This document shows positions 12,020-24,808 of a stretch of DNA of 64,000 bases, piece by piece; position 1 is the stretch's first letter, and each line of letters begins with the position of its first letter. Source of the stretch: Candidatus Eiseniibacteriota bacterium (lineage in GTDB: Bacteria; Eisenbacteria; RBG-16-71-46); the NCBI GenBank assembly GCA_963744995.1, contig CAVUWA010000011.1, positions 451,096 to 515,095 on the forward strand, in the 5' to 3' direction. The notes beneath the pieces were generated by a model. It was not told the DNA's origin and searched no databases. It saw only the letters and a program-made list of their open reading frames with translations. Both the position numbers and the translations under genes were made by a program.

Positions 12020-12529
12020 TCAACGTTCCTTCGTCGCGCGCTCGCGCTCGTCCGCGCTCCAGCCGTAGACGCCCGGGACGAATGCGCCGACGGCGCGCAG
12101 GTAGGCGGAGAGCTGGCCGCGATGGTGGATCGAATGCGTCGGCACGTAGAACAGCCGCCTGACGCGCGTGTCCTCGACGCCGAACAGGCTGCAGCCCTCG
12201 AGCAGCGTCGCGCCGTCCATCGCGCGCACCGCGGCGAGGCCCTCGGGCAGCGTCCGTTCGTGATGGGCGACGAGCGCCTCCGGACTCTGCGGGATCGGCT
12301 CGCCGAGGTCCACACCGTCCCAGGTGCCCTGCGCGACGACGAGCAGCGTCAGATGCTCGGCCTGCACGATGTGCCAGGCCAGCTCGTGCATGGACATGCC
12401 GCGATGGTGCGGCCGGTACGAGAGCTTGTGCTCCGGAATCGCCGCGATCACGGCGCGCGTCGCCGGCGCCTCGCGTTCGAGCAGCGCACACAGCTCATCG
12501 CGCATGAACAGAGCCTGGTCGGCGGTCAT
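12020..12529 (-). CDS. DinB-family protein
   Basis: ELAWHI and HSIHHRGQLSAYLR...VPGVYG; SD GGAG. Confidence 0.9.
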   Translation of the reverse strand: MTADQALFMRDELCALLEREAPATRAVIAAIPEHKLSYRPHHRGMSMHELAWHIVQAEHLTLLVVAQGTWDGVDLGEPIPQSPEALVAHHERTLPEGLAAVRAMDGATLLEGCSLFGVEDTRVRRLFYVPTHSIHHRGQLSAYLRAVGAFVPGVYGWSADERERATKER

Positions 12530-12563
12530 GGACTCCTCCCCGTGCGGGCCGCGCCCGCGGTCG

Positions 12564-13391
12564 TCACGAACGGGCCGGACGTCGGCGCGCGACGATGCGG
12601 AGTCCCGCCGCGCGCAGCCGGCCCTGCTCGATCAGGTTCAGTTCCGATGCCAGCAGATATCGGGCGATCCGCATGCCGCGCGCCCCGCGGTGGAGCCGCC
12701 GCCCCGCGTAGCGGTAGAGGTGCGGGCCGCTCTCCAGGCTCAGCATCCGGAACCGCGCGCGGATCGCCTTCTCGAGCGCGCGACCGGTGTGCACCGCCCG
12801 TGCGTGCTTGTGGCGCATGCGCCAGCGCTCGAGCGGGTCCTCGGGGATCTCGTGCGCCGCCGGGCGCGGACCGCCCTTCTTCGGTTCCCAGTAGGGCCCC
12901 GGATCCTCGTGCTCGATCAGCCCGGCTGCGCCGAGCAGGTCGATCCCGGCGAAGAACCACGCCGCGGTCCGCCGGTTCATGCGTTCGCGGCCGAACTCGT
13001 CGGCGATCAGCAGCCCGTTGGGTTTGAGCAGCCGCTCGGCGTTCGCGAGCGCGCGCGGCAGCGACGCGACGTGGTGCAGCGAGAGCACGAACACGATCGC
13101 GTCGAACGGGCCGTCGGCGTAGTCGAGCGCATCGGCGAGCTTCGCCGGCACGCCGATCCGCCGCGCGGCGCGCACCATGCGCTCCGAGCGGTCGATCGCG
13201 GTGACGCGGTGTCCCGCGAGGGTGAGCCGCCGCGCCAGATGCCCGTGGCCGCAGCCGACTTCGAGGATGTCGGCCCGGCGCCGGCGTGCCGGGCGCAGCG
13301 CCGCCTGGACGAATGCGAAGCTGCGCCCGGCGTGCAGCTCGACGGGGTCGAGATGGGACGGGCGCTCGAGGCGCGTGCGCTGGATGGGCAT
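12564..13391 (-). CDS. Class I SAM-dependent methyltransferase
   Basis: ILEVGCGHG motif I, AIDRS, FDAIVFVLSLHH, LKPNG. Confidence 0.88.
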   Translation of the reverse strand: MPIQRTRLERPSHLDPVELHAGRSFAFVQAALRPARRRRADILEVGCGHGHLARRLTLAGHRVTAIDRSERMVRAARRIGVPAKLADALDYADGPFDAIVFVLSLHHVASLPRALANAERLLKPNGLLIADEFGRERMNRRTAAWFFAGIDLLGAAGLIEHEDPGPYWEPKKGGPRPAAHEIPEDPLERWRMRHKHARAVHTGRALEKAIRARFRMLSLESGPHLYRYAGRRLHRGARGMRIARYLLASELNLIEQGRLRAAGLRIVARRRPARS

Positions 13392-13486
13392 GCCGAGGAG
13401 TCTAGCGCCGGGGCGCCCGTCGCGTCAGATGGCTCCCCGCGCCGGGCGGGTCGGGGTGCCCGCCCGGCTTCCGGTATGGCGCGTGG

Positions 13487-13717
13487 TCACGAGGTGCCGC
13501 GGTGCGCGGCGCGTGAGGCGATGCGCGCTCCCCCGACTGCGCCGAAGACACCGGCGATCGTGCCCATGAGGCCGATCCACCGGCCCTCGTCTTCGCGCCA
13601 TTGAGTGAGGTCGAAACCGAAGCACAGCATTCCGACGAACAGAACGAGCAGGGACAAGAGCAGCGCGACCAGAGCCGCGGAGCCGGCCGTCCTCACGACG
13701 GCATGCGAGTCGTTCAC
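13487..13717 (-). CDS. Small two-TM membrane protein
   Basis: AGGAGG SD before GTG 13717; two hydrophobic helices. Confidence 0.6.
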   Translation of the reverse strand: MNDSHAVVRTAGSAALVALLLSLLVLFVGMLCFGFDLTQWREDEGRWIGLMGTIAGVFGAVGGARIASRAAHRGTS

Positions 13718-13915
13718 GGCGTCTTCCTCCTGCACCTCGTTGCCGGCTGCCGGGGGCGGGTTCTCTTGGTGCCCGTCTCCGGCCCCTCCGCCAGCACCGA
13801 AAAGGTAGCACCGGTGGGAAGGGGTCGAGCGCCACGACCGCGGTTGCGGCCGCTGTTGAAGCGGGTGAAACGCGTTTCGCCCGGGCGCCGGCGGGCGGGC
13901 GGAACGCGCCGGCGC

Positions 13916-15055
13916 TCATGGCAGGAAGTAGAACGCGATCCCGATCACCACGTACACGGCGATCAGCAGCAGGCCTTCCAGCCAGTTGGATTCGCCGTCT
14001 TCGGCCACCATCTTCGCGGTCGCCACCGCCATCAGCACCGCGAGCACCTCGAACGGCGTGAACAGCAGGTCCATCGGTTTGCCCGGCAGCAGGTACGAGG
14101 CGAACACCAGCACCGGCGCCACGAACAGCGCGATCTGCGTGCTGGAACCGATGGCGATGTGCATCGCCAGGTCCATCTTGTCCTTGATCGCGACCAGCAC
14201 GGCGGTCGAATGCTCGGCGGCGTTACCGATGATCGCGACCACGATCACGCCGACGAACACCTGGGTGAGCCCGAGCGCGTGGGCGGCCTCCTCCACCGCG
14301 CCGACCAGCAGTTCGCTCATCCAGGCGACCAGGAGCGTGGCGCCGACCAGCATCAGCACGGCGCGCCATGGCGATTCCGGGCGCGCGGTGGCGTCGTGTG
14401 CATCGTCGTGCGACGGCCCGGCGAACAGGTGTTTGTGGGTGCGCAGCGAGAACACGAGGCTCGCCGCGTAGGCGATGAGCAGCACGATCGAGATCTCGAT
14501 CGACAGGCCGCGCTCGAGCGCCAGCTCGTGTTCCGCGGTCACCTGCCGCCCCAGCACGGCCAGCTCGCCCAGGTGATGGAACACCGCCGGCACCACGAAG
14601 CCGATCGCCGCGAGCACGAGCAGCGTCGAGCCCACGCCCGCCGCGGCACGATCGAAGGTCTGCCGGTGGCGCCTGAGGCCGCCCGCGAAGATCGCGAACC
14701 CCAGCACCAGCAGGACGTTGCCGATGATCGAGCCGGTGAGGCTCGCCTTCACCACGTTGGGGTAGCCGCGCGACAGTGCGACCAGCGCGATGATCAGCTC
14801 GGCGGCGTTGCCGAAGGTGGCGTTGAGCAGCCCGCCGACCCCCGAGCCCAGCCGGGCCGCGAGGCGCTCGGTGGCCTCGCCCATGATTCCCGCGAGCGGC
14901 ACGATCGCGAGCCCCGCGCAGACGAAGACGGGGACGCCGCCCCATTCGAGCCAGCGCCCGAGCGCCGCGAGCGGCACGAAGATCAGCAGCAGCTTCAGGG
15001 CGTGCTCGGGCGAAAACAGCGAGCGGAGGCCGGAAGGCGCGGCGCGGGCGGTCAT
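13916..15055 (-). CDS. cax: Calcium/proton exchanger (CAX/ChaA family)
   Basis: [41 protein letters not shown]. Confidence 0.95.
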   Translation of the reverse strand: MTARAAPSGLRSLFSPEHALKLLLIFVPLAALGRWLEWGGVPVFVCAGLAIVPLAGIMGEATERLAARLGSGVGGLLNATFGNAAELIIALVALSRGYPNVVKASLTGSIIGNVLLVLGFAIFAGGLRRHRQTFDRAAAGVGSTLLVLAAIGFVVPAVFHHLGELAVLGRQVTAEHELALERGLSIEISIVLLIAYAASLVFSLRTHKHLFAGPSHDDAHDATARPESPWRAVLMLVGATLLVAWMSELLVGAVEEAAHALGLTQVFVGVIVVAIIGNAAEHSTAVLVAIKDKMDLAMHIAIGSSTQIALFVAPVLVFASYLLPGKPMDLLFTPFEVLAVLMAVATAKMVAEDGESNWLEGLLLIAVYVVIGIAFYFLP

Positions 15056-15191
15056 GCCGGGCACTGTGCCTCAGGGGGTTGCGCGCTCACAAGAAGGCCG
15101 CGTCGCGGGCCCCGCCTGGCGGGAACGAACCGAGCGGATCTGCACGTTCCCCGGGGAACGTACGGGCCCGCCCGGGGGGATCCGGCGATGG

Positions 15192-15222
15192 AAAACGGGG
15201 CGGGGTCTTTCGACCCCGCCCC
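15192..15222 (-). terminator. Rho-independent terminator of nrdJ
   Basis: ggggcggggtc-tttc-gaccccgcccc perfect 11-bp stem followed on the minus strand by GTTTT. Confidence 0.8.
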
Positions 15223-15247
15223 TCGAAACCCGAACTTCCCGGTGCTC

Positions 15248-18436
<3,189 letters not shown>

Positions 18437-18640
18437 CGGGGACCTCCCTGGTCCACTGAGCCAACTTCCTCGCTCGAACGTGATCCTTCCCTGGGAAAGC
18501 CGGGCCTTGACGGCGTCACGGAGAGGCTGACACCGCCTGGGTCGGGCTCACGACTATGACGGACGACCTGTCGCGTGCGTGAAAGGAAGGTGTTGCCCGC
18601 TCGCCCGCGAGGAATCGGATGTGTGCGAACGGTGCCGTGC

Positions 18641-18671
18641 TTTATACCACCGTCCGATGGTGACGCCGCAA
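18641..18671 (-). promoter_or_regulatory. Putative extended -10 promoter of nrdJ
   Basis: Minus strand TGgTATAAA, with TTGCGG 19 nt upstream and an AT-rich tract further upstream. Confidence 0.55.
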
Positions 18672-19310
18672 GAAAGAAATTGTGCCGATCAAATGCGGGC
18701 GCGATCGCCCCCCGGTGATTTCGATCAACGCAACCGCGGTCGCACGCGGCGCGAAAAAAATCGAGCAGCATGACGCGCACACGTGATCGCAGCGCTTCGT
18801 CGAGCACGGTCGCGGCATTCAACCCCGCATGCATGCACACGATGCGACCCGGCGCGTGCGCGTCGCGCACCACGAAGCGCGCCGACCACGCCGCGTCATC
18901 GCGCGCGCGCACGCACTCGCGATCGAATGCGGGCGCCGCGAGCGTCGTCCGGGCGTGCGTCGCGCACGTGCGCACGCGCGGCACGAGCGTCGACGCCGGT
19001 ATGTCGCCGAAGTTCGCGGATCGTTCGCAGAAAGGCGCGAGACGGACGGGACGTTCGTCTGCCGCGTTCGTGAACGAGCGCGGGCGAACGTCCGGCGATG
19101 TGCGTGCGAACGCGGTCCTTGAAGATCGCGCCCGCGTGAGCTCGCCAGACATGATGTGCTCCGGGAGAACCGACCGGCGGGGGCGGGTCGTGACTGCGGG
19201 GATGTCGCGCGTCGCCTTCGCGACGGTGCTGACCTTACGACCACGGCCCCGCGTGCACAAGCGTGCAGTGCGCCGCGTCTCTCGATGCGCGGCGTGATCC
19301 CCGGAATTCG

Positions 19311-19338
19311 GAAGGGGTCCGATGGCTCGGACCCCTTC
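19311..19338 (-). terminator. Hairpin downstream of the glycine-zipper lipoprotein gene
   Basis: gaaggggtccga-tggc-tcggaccccttc perfect 12-bp stem. Confidence 0.65.
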
Positions 19339-19415
19339 GCGGGACGCGGGTTGCTGGCACCGCACCACGTCCCCTTCGCGCCGCTTCCCGTCGGCGCGGC
19401 AGCCGCGTCCTGCGG

Positions 19416-20018
19416 CTATTTCACCGTGAAGTCCAGCCGGGTGCCGGTCTTCAGGACGACCTGGTAGCCCTTCGAGGCGGCGACGCCCGCCGTGGCGGCG
19501 GCACCGCCGATGATGGCGCCCGCTGCGGCATCCTTGCCCTCGCCGCCTACCGCCTTGCCGATCAGCGCACCGGCGGCTGCGCCGCCCGCGATCGCGCCCA
19601 GATTGCGCGCACGCGGCGACCCGGCGATCACCGGCTCGGTGCTCGCGGTGAGGTCATGCCAGTCCCCGCCGGTCTCGATCGAGGTCAGTTCGAGATCGAG
19701 CATCGCGCGGTTCCCTTTCTCGGCTTCACGTGCGGCCTTCACCTGGCCGCGCACCGCCGTGCCGGCGGGCACGACGACCTTGCCGTCCACCGTGACGTTC
19801 GACGAGGTCGTGCCTTCCCAGGCATCGCCCGGCTTCGCCGTTTCCGACGAGAGCGGCGTGGCGAGCTGCACGTCGAGAGCCGTGCCCGAGGGAACGTCGG
19901 GGCCGGACTTGTGGAACATGGCGAGCGGCGATGCGTCGGCGCTGCCGTTGGCGCCGCTGCAGCCGGACGCGCCCGCCGCGAGGGCCAGCAGGAGCGTGGA
20001 GATCCAGATGCGTCTCAT
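19416..20018 (-). CDS. Glycine-zipper (YMGG-like) outer-membrane lipoprotein
   Basis: Lipobox ASGC; VPSGTALDVQL..LSS..A..GD; GAIAGGAAAGALIG...GAIIGGAAA. Confidence 0.8.
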   Translation of the reverse strand: MRRIWISTLLLALAAGASGCSGANGSADASPLAMFHKSGPDVPSGTALDVQLATPLSSETAKPGDAWEGTTSSNVTVDGKVVVPAGTAVRGQVKAAREAEKGNRAMLDLELTSIETGGDWHDLTASTEPVIAGSPRARNLGAIAGGAAAGALIGKAVGGEGKDAAAGAIIGGAAATAGVAASKGYQVVLKTGTRLDFTVK

Positions 20019-20047
20019 GTCGAGCCTCCCTTTCATGCGGGTGGAAT

Positions 20048-20653
20048 TCAGAACTTGAAGGCCAGGCCGAGCTTCGTGGACCAGAAGTCCGGGTTCCAGG
20101 TGTCGGGAACCAGCGGACTCTCCTGGTCGCGCATGAACACGTACCGGCCGTTGAGGTCGAGCGCCGCCGACGGCGCGAGCGGAACCTGCATCCCGCCGCC
20201 GACGTGCACGCCGAACTGCTGCGAGGTGTCATCCGGGATCAGCAGCGACGCGTCATAGTCCACGGTCACGTTGTACCAGCCGACCCCGGCGCCGGCGTAC
20301 AGCGCGGGCACCGGCGACAGGTACAGCGACGCCGTCACCGGCCACATGCGGACTTTGGCGAGCCCGTCGAAAGCGTCCTCGCTGCGGTAGTCGACCGCGA
20401 TCTCCGAGAGCAGCACCGGCGCCAGATGGCCGCGGAACGCGAGGCCGCCGAACACCCGGGCGTCGTCGCCATGATCGACGGTGCGGGTGAGCCCCACGGA
20501 CGGAATGATTTCGCCGGCGCGCGCCACACCCGGCCGGGCGATGGCGACGACGGACCCCGCAGTCAGCGCGATCGCCACGAGGTACGCGACGGATCGCGGA
20601 AGCGCCCGGAGGCGCGAAAGTTCGTTCGGATGCATCCTGTTTCGCGTATGCAT
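20048..20653 (-). CDS. Outer-membrane 8-stranded beta-barrel (OmpW/porin-like) protein
   Basis: Signal peptide, amphipathic strands (YAGAGVGWY, FGVHVGGG), C-terminal Phe; SD GAGGAGG. Confidence 0.85.
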   Translation of the reverse strand: MHTRNRMHPNELSRLRALPRSVAYLVAIALTAGSVVAIARPGVARAGEIIPSVGLTRTVDHGDDARVFGGLAFRGHLAPVLLSEIAVDYRSEDAFDGLAKVRMWPVTASLYLSPVPALYAGAGVGWYNVTVDYDASLLIPDDTSQQFGVHVGGGMQVPLAPSAALDLNGRYVFMRDQESPLVPDTWNPDFWSTKLGLAFKF

Positions 20654-21218
20654 GAGTCCTCCTCTCCTCGGGGGAGCAGGCCCTGCAGCGCAGGCTCTGC
20701 GGAGCAGCCACTGCGAATTGGATGCCAGTCCGGGAGTGGGCCAGCAACGCGCTGGCGCACAGCCGGTTGTCGTGGCGGTGACCGGTGCGGGGGACCCTTG
20801 CGCGCCGGTAAGAAGTACACGGGAAGGTCCGAATTACACGGCTGCGGCGGACAGCGCCTCGTCCCGCGGACCATGGAGCGGCTGCCGCGCGCGGCGCCGC
20901 CCGCCCCGGATCGGCCGCACGCGGAACGCCCCGCGCCGCGGCGGTTCCCGGGGACCCGGAGCGCGCAGGGGACGCCGGGCTCCGGCATGTTCACAACAGC
21001 GTGCGTCGGTCCGGGGCGAACCAGGCGCCGGCGCGCCTGCGCCCGGGTCGAGGACGCCGCCCTGCACCGGGTCGCCGGCGCCGCGCCCGCGGCCGCCCTC
21101 GCGCCCGAAGAATTGCCTGCGCGAGATTTTCACGCCGGAATGCTAGGCTCGCGCCCACCGGCAACGCACAGCTCCGCATGCGCCGCACCTGCCGCGAAGT
21201 CCTTTCTCGGAGATCTCG

Positions 21219-22169
21219 ATGGGCCTCCAGTCGTTCGACGCCCTCTGGGATTACGCGCGTCCCGGAGACACCGAATCGAAGTTCCGCGCGCTGCTGCCCG
21301 CCTACGAGGCGGCCGGCGATCCGGGGCCGCTCGCCGAACTGCTCACGCAGCTCGCCCGCACGCTCGGCCTGCAGCAGCAGTTCGACGAGGCGCACGCATT
21401 GCTCGATCGCGCCGAGGCGCTGGTCGCGGACCATGCCGGGCCCGATCTTTCCGCACCGGGGGCGCGGCCGATCGCGGTGGCGCGGGTGCGCTGCCTGCTC
21501 GAGCGCGGCCGCGTGTTCAACTCGTCGGGGGCGCGCGATCGCGCCCGCCCGTTGTTCCTCGAAGCCCATGCGGCGGCACAGGCGCTCGGTGAGGACTTCC
21601 ACGAAGTGGACGCCGCGCACATGATGGAGATCGTCGAGACCGGCGAGGCGAAGCTGGAGTGGAACGGACGCGCCCTGCGGCGCGCCGAGAGCTCCGATGA
21701 CGCGCGCGCCGTGCGCTGGCTGGCCTCGCTCTACAACAACCGCGGCTGGACGCTGCAGGAGCTCGGACGGCTCGACGAAGCGCTCGCCATGTTCGAGCGC
21801 CGGCTCGCGTGGCTCGAGGCGCATCCGCCCGCGGGCACCGCGGAGGCGGGCGACGGCCATGCGCTGCAAATCGGCATCGCCCACTGGTCGATCGCGAAGA
21901 TGTTCCGCCTGCTCGGCCGCACCGAAGAGGCGCTCGCGATCCAGCGCCGCCTTCTCGACACGCCGGCGGGCGCGGACGACGGCTTCGTGCACGAGGAGCT
22001 GGCGGAGTGCCTCGTCGCGCTCGGCCGCGACGCGGAGGCGGGCCCGCACTTCGCGCAGGCGCACACGCTGCTCAGGCAGGATCCGTGGCTCGTGCGCAAC
22101 GAGGCCGAGCGCCTCGCGCGGCTCGAGCGACTCGCCCGGGAGGGGCCCGCGGGGCCTACGGCCATCTGA
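21219..22169 (+). CDS. Tetratricopeptide-repeat protein
   Basis: TPR-like helices (SLYNNRGW...GRLDEAL; GRTEEAL; GFVHEELAECL). Confidence 0.8.
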   Translation: MGLQSFDALWDYARPGDTESKFRALLPAYEAAGDPGPLAELLTQLARTLGLQQQFDEAHALLDRAEALVADHAGPDLSAPGARPIAVARVRCLLERGRVFNSSGARDRARPLFLEAHAAAQALGEDFHEVDAAHMMEIVETGEAKLEWNGRALRRAESSDDARAVRWLASLYNNRGWTLQELGRLDEALAMFERRLAWLEAHPPAGTAEAGDGHALQIGIAHWSIAKMFRLLGRTEEALAIQRRLLDTPAGADDGFVHEELAECLVALGRDAEAGPHFAQAHTLLRQDPWLVRNEAERLARLERLAREGPAGPTAI

Positions 22170-23145
22170 GCGACGGCTCGAGATCCTCGGCGTCGCTCGA
22201 CTGGTTCGTCCCCTGGCCGATCGAGCCGTTGCCGACCGAATAGTTCCACACGTCGAACTGGCCGAGACCGTTCGCGCGATCGGACTCGAACGACATCACG
22301 CTGGCATCGCTGTTGAGCGTCGGCTGGCGCTCGTCGGCGGCGGTGTTGAGCTCGGGCGCCAGCGTGGCGAAGCTCCTGCTCTGGATGTCGTACAGGTACA
22401 GGTCGTAGCCGCCCGCCCCGCCCGCCCGGGTCGAGGCGAACGCCAGCCAGCGACCGTCCGGGGTGAGCGCAGGGTCGGTGTCGGTGGAATCCGAGACGAG
22501 ATCCGGCAGGTCGAGCAGCGAGTCGCCGTTGAAGTCGTAGACGAAGATGTCGGGATTCCCGTTGCGGTCCGACACGAACGCGATCAGCGCGCCGGTCTGA
22601 TCCGGTGCCGGCGCCCAGTCGTCGAACCCCGCCGGCGCGTCGAGCCCCGGCAGCAGCCGGAACACGTCCTGGACGCCGTTGTAGTAGCGCAGCCGGCGCA
22701 CGCCGAGCGTGTCGCGCACGAACACCAGCGCGAGCGCGTTCCCGGTGAACGCCGGCTCGTCGTCGCGGCCCGGGCTGTTGATTCCCGGCGTCGGCGCGAG
22801 CTGCGACTTGGTGAGGTCGTAGACCAGGATGTCGTAATCGCCCATGCCGCCGGCGCGGTCGGTCGCGAAGGCGAGCACCTGCGCGTCGGAGCCGAGCGAG
22901 GGCCGCCGCTCGGCGGCCACGGGGTCGTTCAGTCCCGGCAGCTTGTAGAGCAGCAGGCCGTCGAGGTCGTAGAGGAAGATGTCGAACGTCCCGTTGCGGT
23001 CGCTCGCGAATGCGACGAGATGCGTGCCGAGCTGCGTCACCGGGGGCGCGGTGGTGCTCTTGCCGCCGCAGCCGGCGAGTGCGAGTGCGAGGAGCGCCGC
23101 GGGGGCGGCGCGAGCGAAGGCCGAAACGACGAAGCGCGCGTTCAA
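22156..23145 (-). CDS. TolB-like PD40 beta-propeller lipoprotein (start uncertain)
   Basis: Lipobox LAGC; repeated AFxSDRxG..DI..YD units. Confidence 0.85.
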   Translation of the reverse strand: MNARFVVSAFARAAPAALLALALAGCGGKSTTAPPVTQLGTHLVAFASDRNGTFDIFLYDLDGLLLYKLPGLNDPVAAERRPSLGSDAQVLAFATDRAGGMGDYDILVYDLTKSQLAPTPGINSPGRDDEPAFTGNALALVFVRDTLGVRRLRYYNGVQDVFRLLPGLDAPAGFDDWAPAPDQTGALIAFVSDRNGNPDIFVYDFNGDSLLDLPDLVSDSTDTDPALTPDGRWLAFASTRAGGAGGYDLYLYDIQSRSFATLAPELNTAADERQPTLNSDASVMSFESDRANGLGQFDVWNYSVGNGSIGQGTNQSSDAEDLEPSLRWP

Positions 23146-23366
23146 GATGGGCGCACTGTAGCGTGGACCCTTCCCGGACCGCCAGCCGGGAATGCGAACG
23201 GCCGCAGCGGGCCGCCGTGCCGCGCGCCCGGGTGGCATCGCGCGCCGGCGCCCGCCCCGCCGCGGCACTTGTGTGCTCCGTGCAAAGTCTGCCCGCGGTG
23301 GCGCCGTGTCCGCACCGGGCCGGGCGTTTGGTGCGTTGGCGGCGCGCGCGACGGACGGATCCGTCT

Positions 23367-23394
23367 TTGCGGATGCGCGCGCCGCCACTATGCT
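23367..23394 (+). promoter_or_regulatory. Putative sigma70 promoter of the TolC/Mac operon
   Basis: TTGCGG-N16-TATGCT about 40 nt before ATG 23433. Confidence 0.45.
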
Positions 23395-23432
23395 TCGTCG
23401 CTCTCTCGGCTGCGATCGATGACACGGGGTGG

Positions 23433-24740
23433 ATGCAGATGATGTGGTTCGGAGTGCTCGTTCTCGCCACGGCGGCGACCGCCGCGCCCGCGGATACCGG
23501 CGCGCGCGCGATCACGCTCGATCAGGCGCTATCGCTCGCGCGCCAGTACGCGCCCGAGGCCGTGCAGGCCGAGGGCCAGCAGCGCACCAGCGCGGCCGCG
23601 CTGCGTTCGGCGTATGCGTCGTTCCTGCCGAACGTGTCACTCAGCTCGGGCGCGACGCGCCAGTACCCCTCGGGCGGCGGCACACGGATCGAGAACGGAC
23701 AGGTGATCCAGCTGCCTTCGAGGCCGTGGTCCTACAACGGCAGCCTGTCGGCGAACGTGACGCTGTTCAACGGCGGGCAGCGGATCTTCGAGCTCGGCCA
23801 GGCGAAAGCCGACCGGCGCGCCGCCGAGGCGAGCGGCGTGACCAGCAGGTTCGCGCTCGCCCTGTCGGTGAAGCAGCAGTACTTCAACGTGCTCGCCGCG
23901 CGAGAATCCGAGACGGCGGCGAAGGCGCAGCTCGAGCAGGCACAGCAGCAGCTCGCGACGGCGATCGCGCGGGTCCGCAACAAGGCGGCGACGCGCTCGG
24001 ATTCGCTGCGCTCGGTGATCCAGCTCAACACCGCGCGCCTCGCGGTGCTCGGCGCACGGAACGACGTCGAATCCGCCGCCGCCGGCTTCACGCGCGCGGT
24101 GGGGACGCCCTACCCGGTGACCGCCGCCCCGGCCGTACCCGGCCAGGACGAAATCACGATCGATGCCGCGGCGCTCGAGGCGATGGCCGCGAACGGTCCC
24201 GGCGTCACGCAGGCGCAGGCGCAGCTCGACGCGGCGCAGGCGGCACGGCGCATGTCGTGGGCGAGCTACCTGCCGTCGGTCAACGCGAGCTACTCGCGCG
24301 GCGCGAGCGGGACCGACGAGAAGTTCGGTTTCGGCGCCGACGAGTACGACTTCAACGGTTCGCTTCGGCTGTCGATTTCGCTGCCGATCTTCAACCAGCT
24401 GCAGCGCGAGGAGCAGGTGGTGCGCGCGCAGGTGGCGGTCGAGAACGCCGAGGCCGCGCTGCGCGACGCGAAGCTCGCCGCAACGCAGAGTCTGACGCAG
24501 GCGCTCGGCGACTATCGGCTCAATGCCGAGCGGGTGTCGGCGCTCGCGGCCTCGCTCGAGGCGGCCGAAGAGGACCTGCGCGTCCAGCAGCAGCGCTACG
24601 CCGCGGGCGGTTCGACGCTGCTCGACGTGCTGACCTCGCAGACCCAGTTGAATCAGGCCCGCCACGACCTGATTCGCGCCCGCTACGACCTGCGCGTCGC
24701 ACGGGCGCAGATCGAAGCCGTCGTCGGAAGGGACCTGTGA
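23433..24740 (+). CDS. TolC-family outer-membrane efflux protein
   Basis: Signal peptide; two OEP repeats (FLPNVSLS, LSISLPIF, RYAAGGSTLLDV). Confidence 0.92.
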   Translation: MQMMWFGVLVLATAATAAPADTGARAITLDQALSLARQYAPEAVQAEGQQRTSAAALRSAYASFLPNVSLSSGATRQYPSGGGTRIENGQVIQLPSRPWSYNGSLSANVTLFNGGQRIFELGQAKADRRAAEASGVTSRFALALSVKQQYFNVLAARESETAAKAQLEQAQQQLATAIARVRNKAATRSDSLRSVIQLNTARLAVLGARNDVESAAAGFTRAVGTPYPVTAAPAVPGQDEITIDAAALEAMAANGPGVTQAQAQLDAAQAARRMSWASYLPSVNASYSRGASGTDEKFGFGADEYDFNGSLRLSISLPIFNQLQREEQVVRAQVAVENAEAALRDAKLAATQSLTQALGDYRLNAERVSALAASLEAAEEDLRVQQQRYAAGGSTLLDVLTSQTQLNQARHDLIRARYDLRVARAQIEAVVGRDL

Positions 24741-24808
24741 TGCACCCGAATCATGCCCATTGCCGGGTCCGGCACGTTGGCCGCGACCCTGAATCGAGGA
24801 GAGAAGAG

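Noticed and set aside
18437..18640. Cobalamin riboswitch or NrdR box upstream of the B12-dependent nrdJ
   Set aside because: Could not find the GGGAA..GGTG/ACTG/B12-box elements or an acaC-atAT-tGtg palindrome by eye; needs an Rfam scan.
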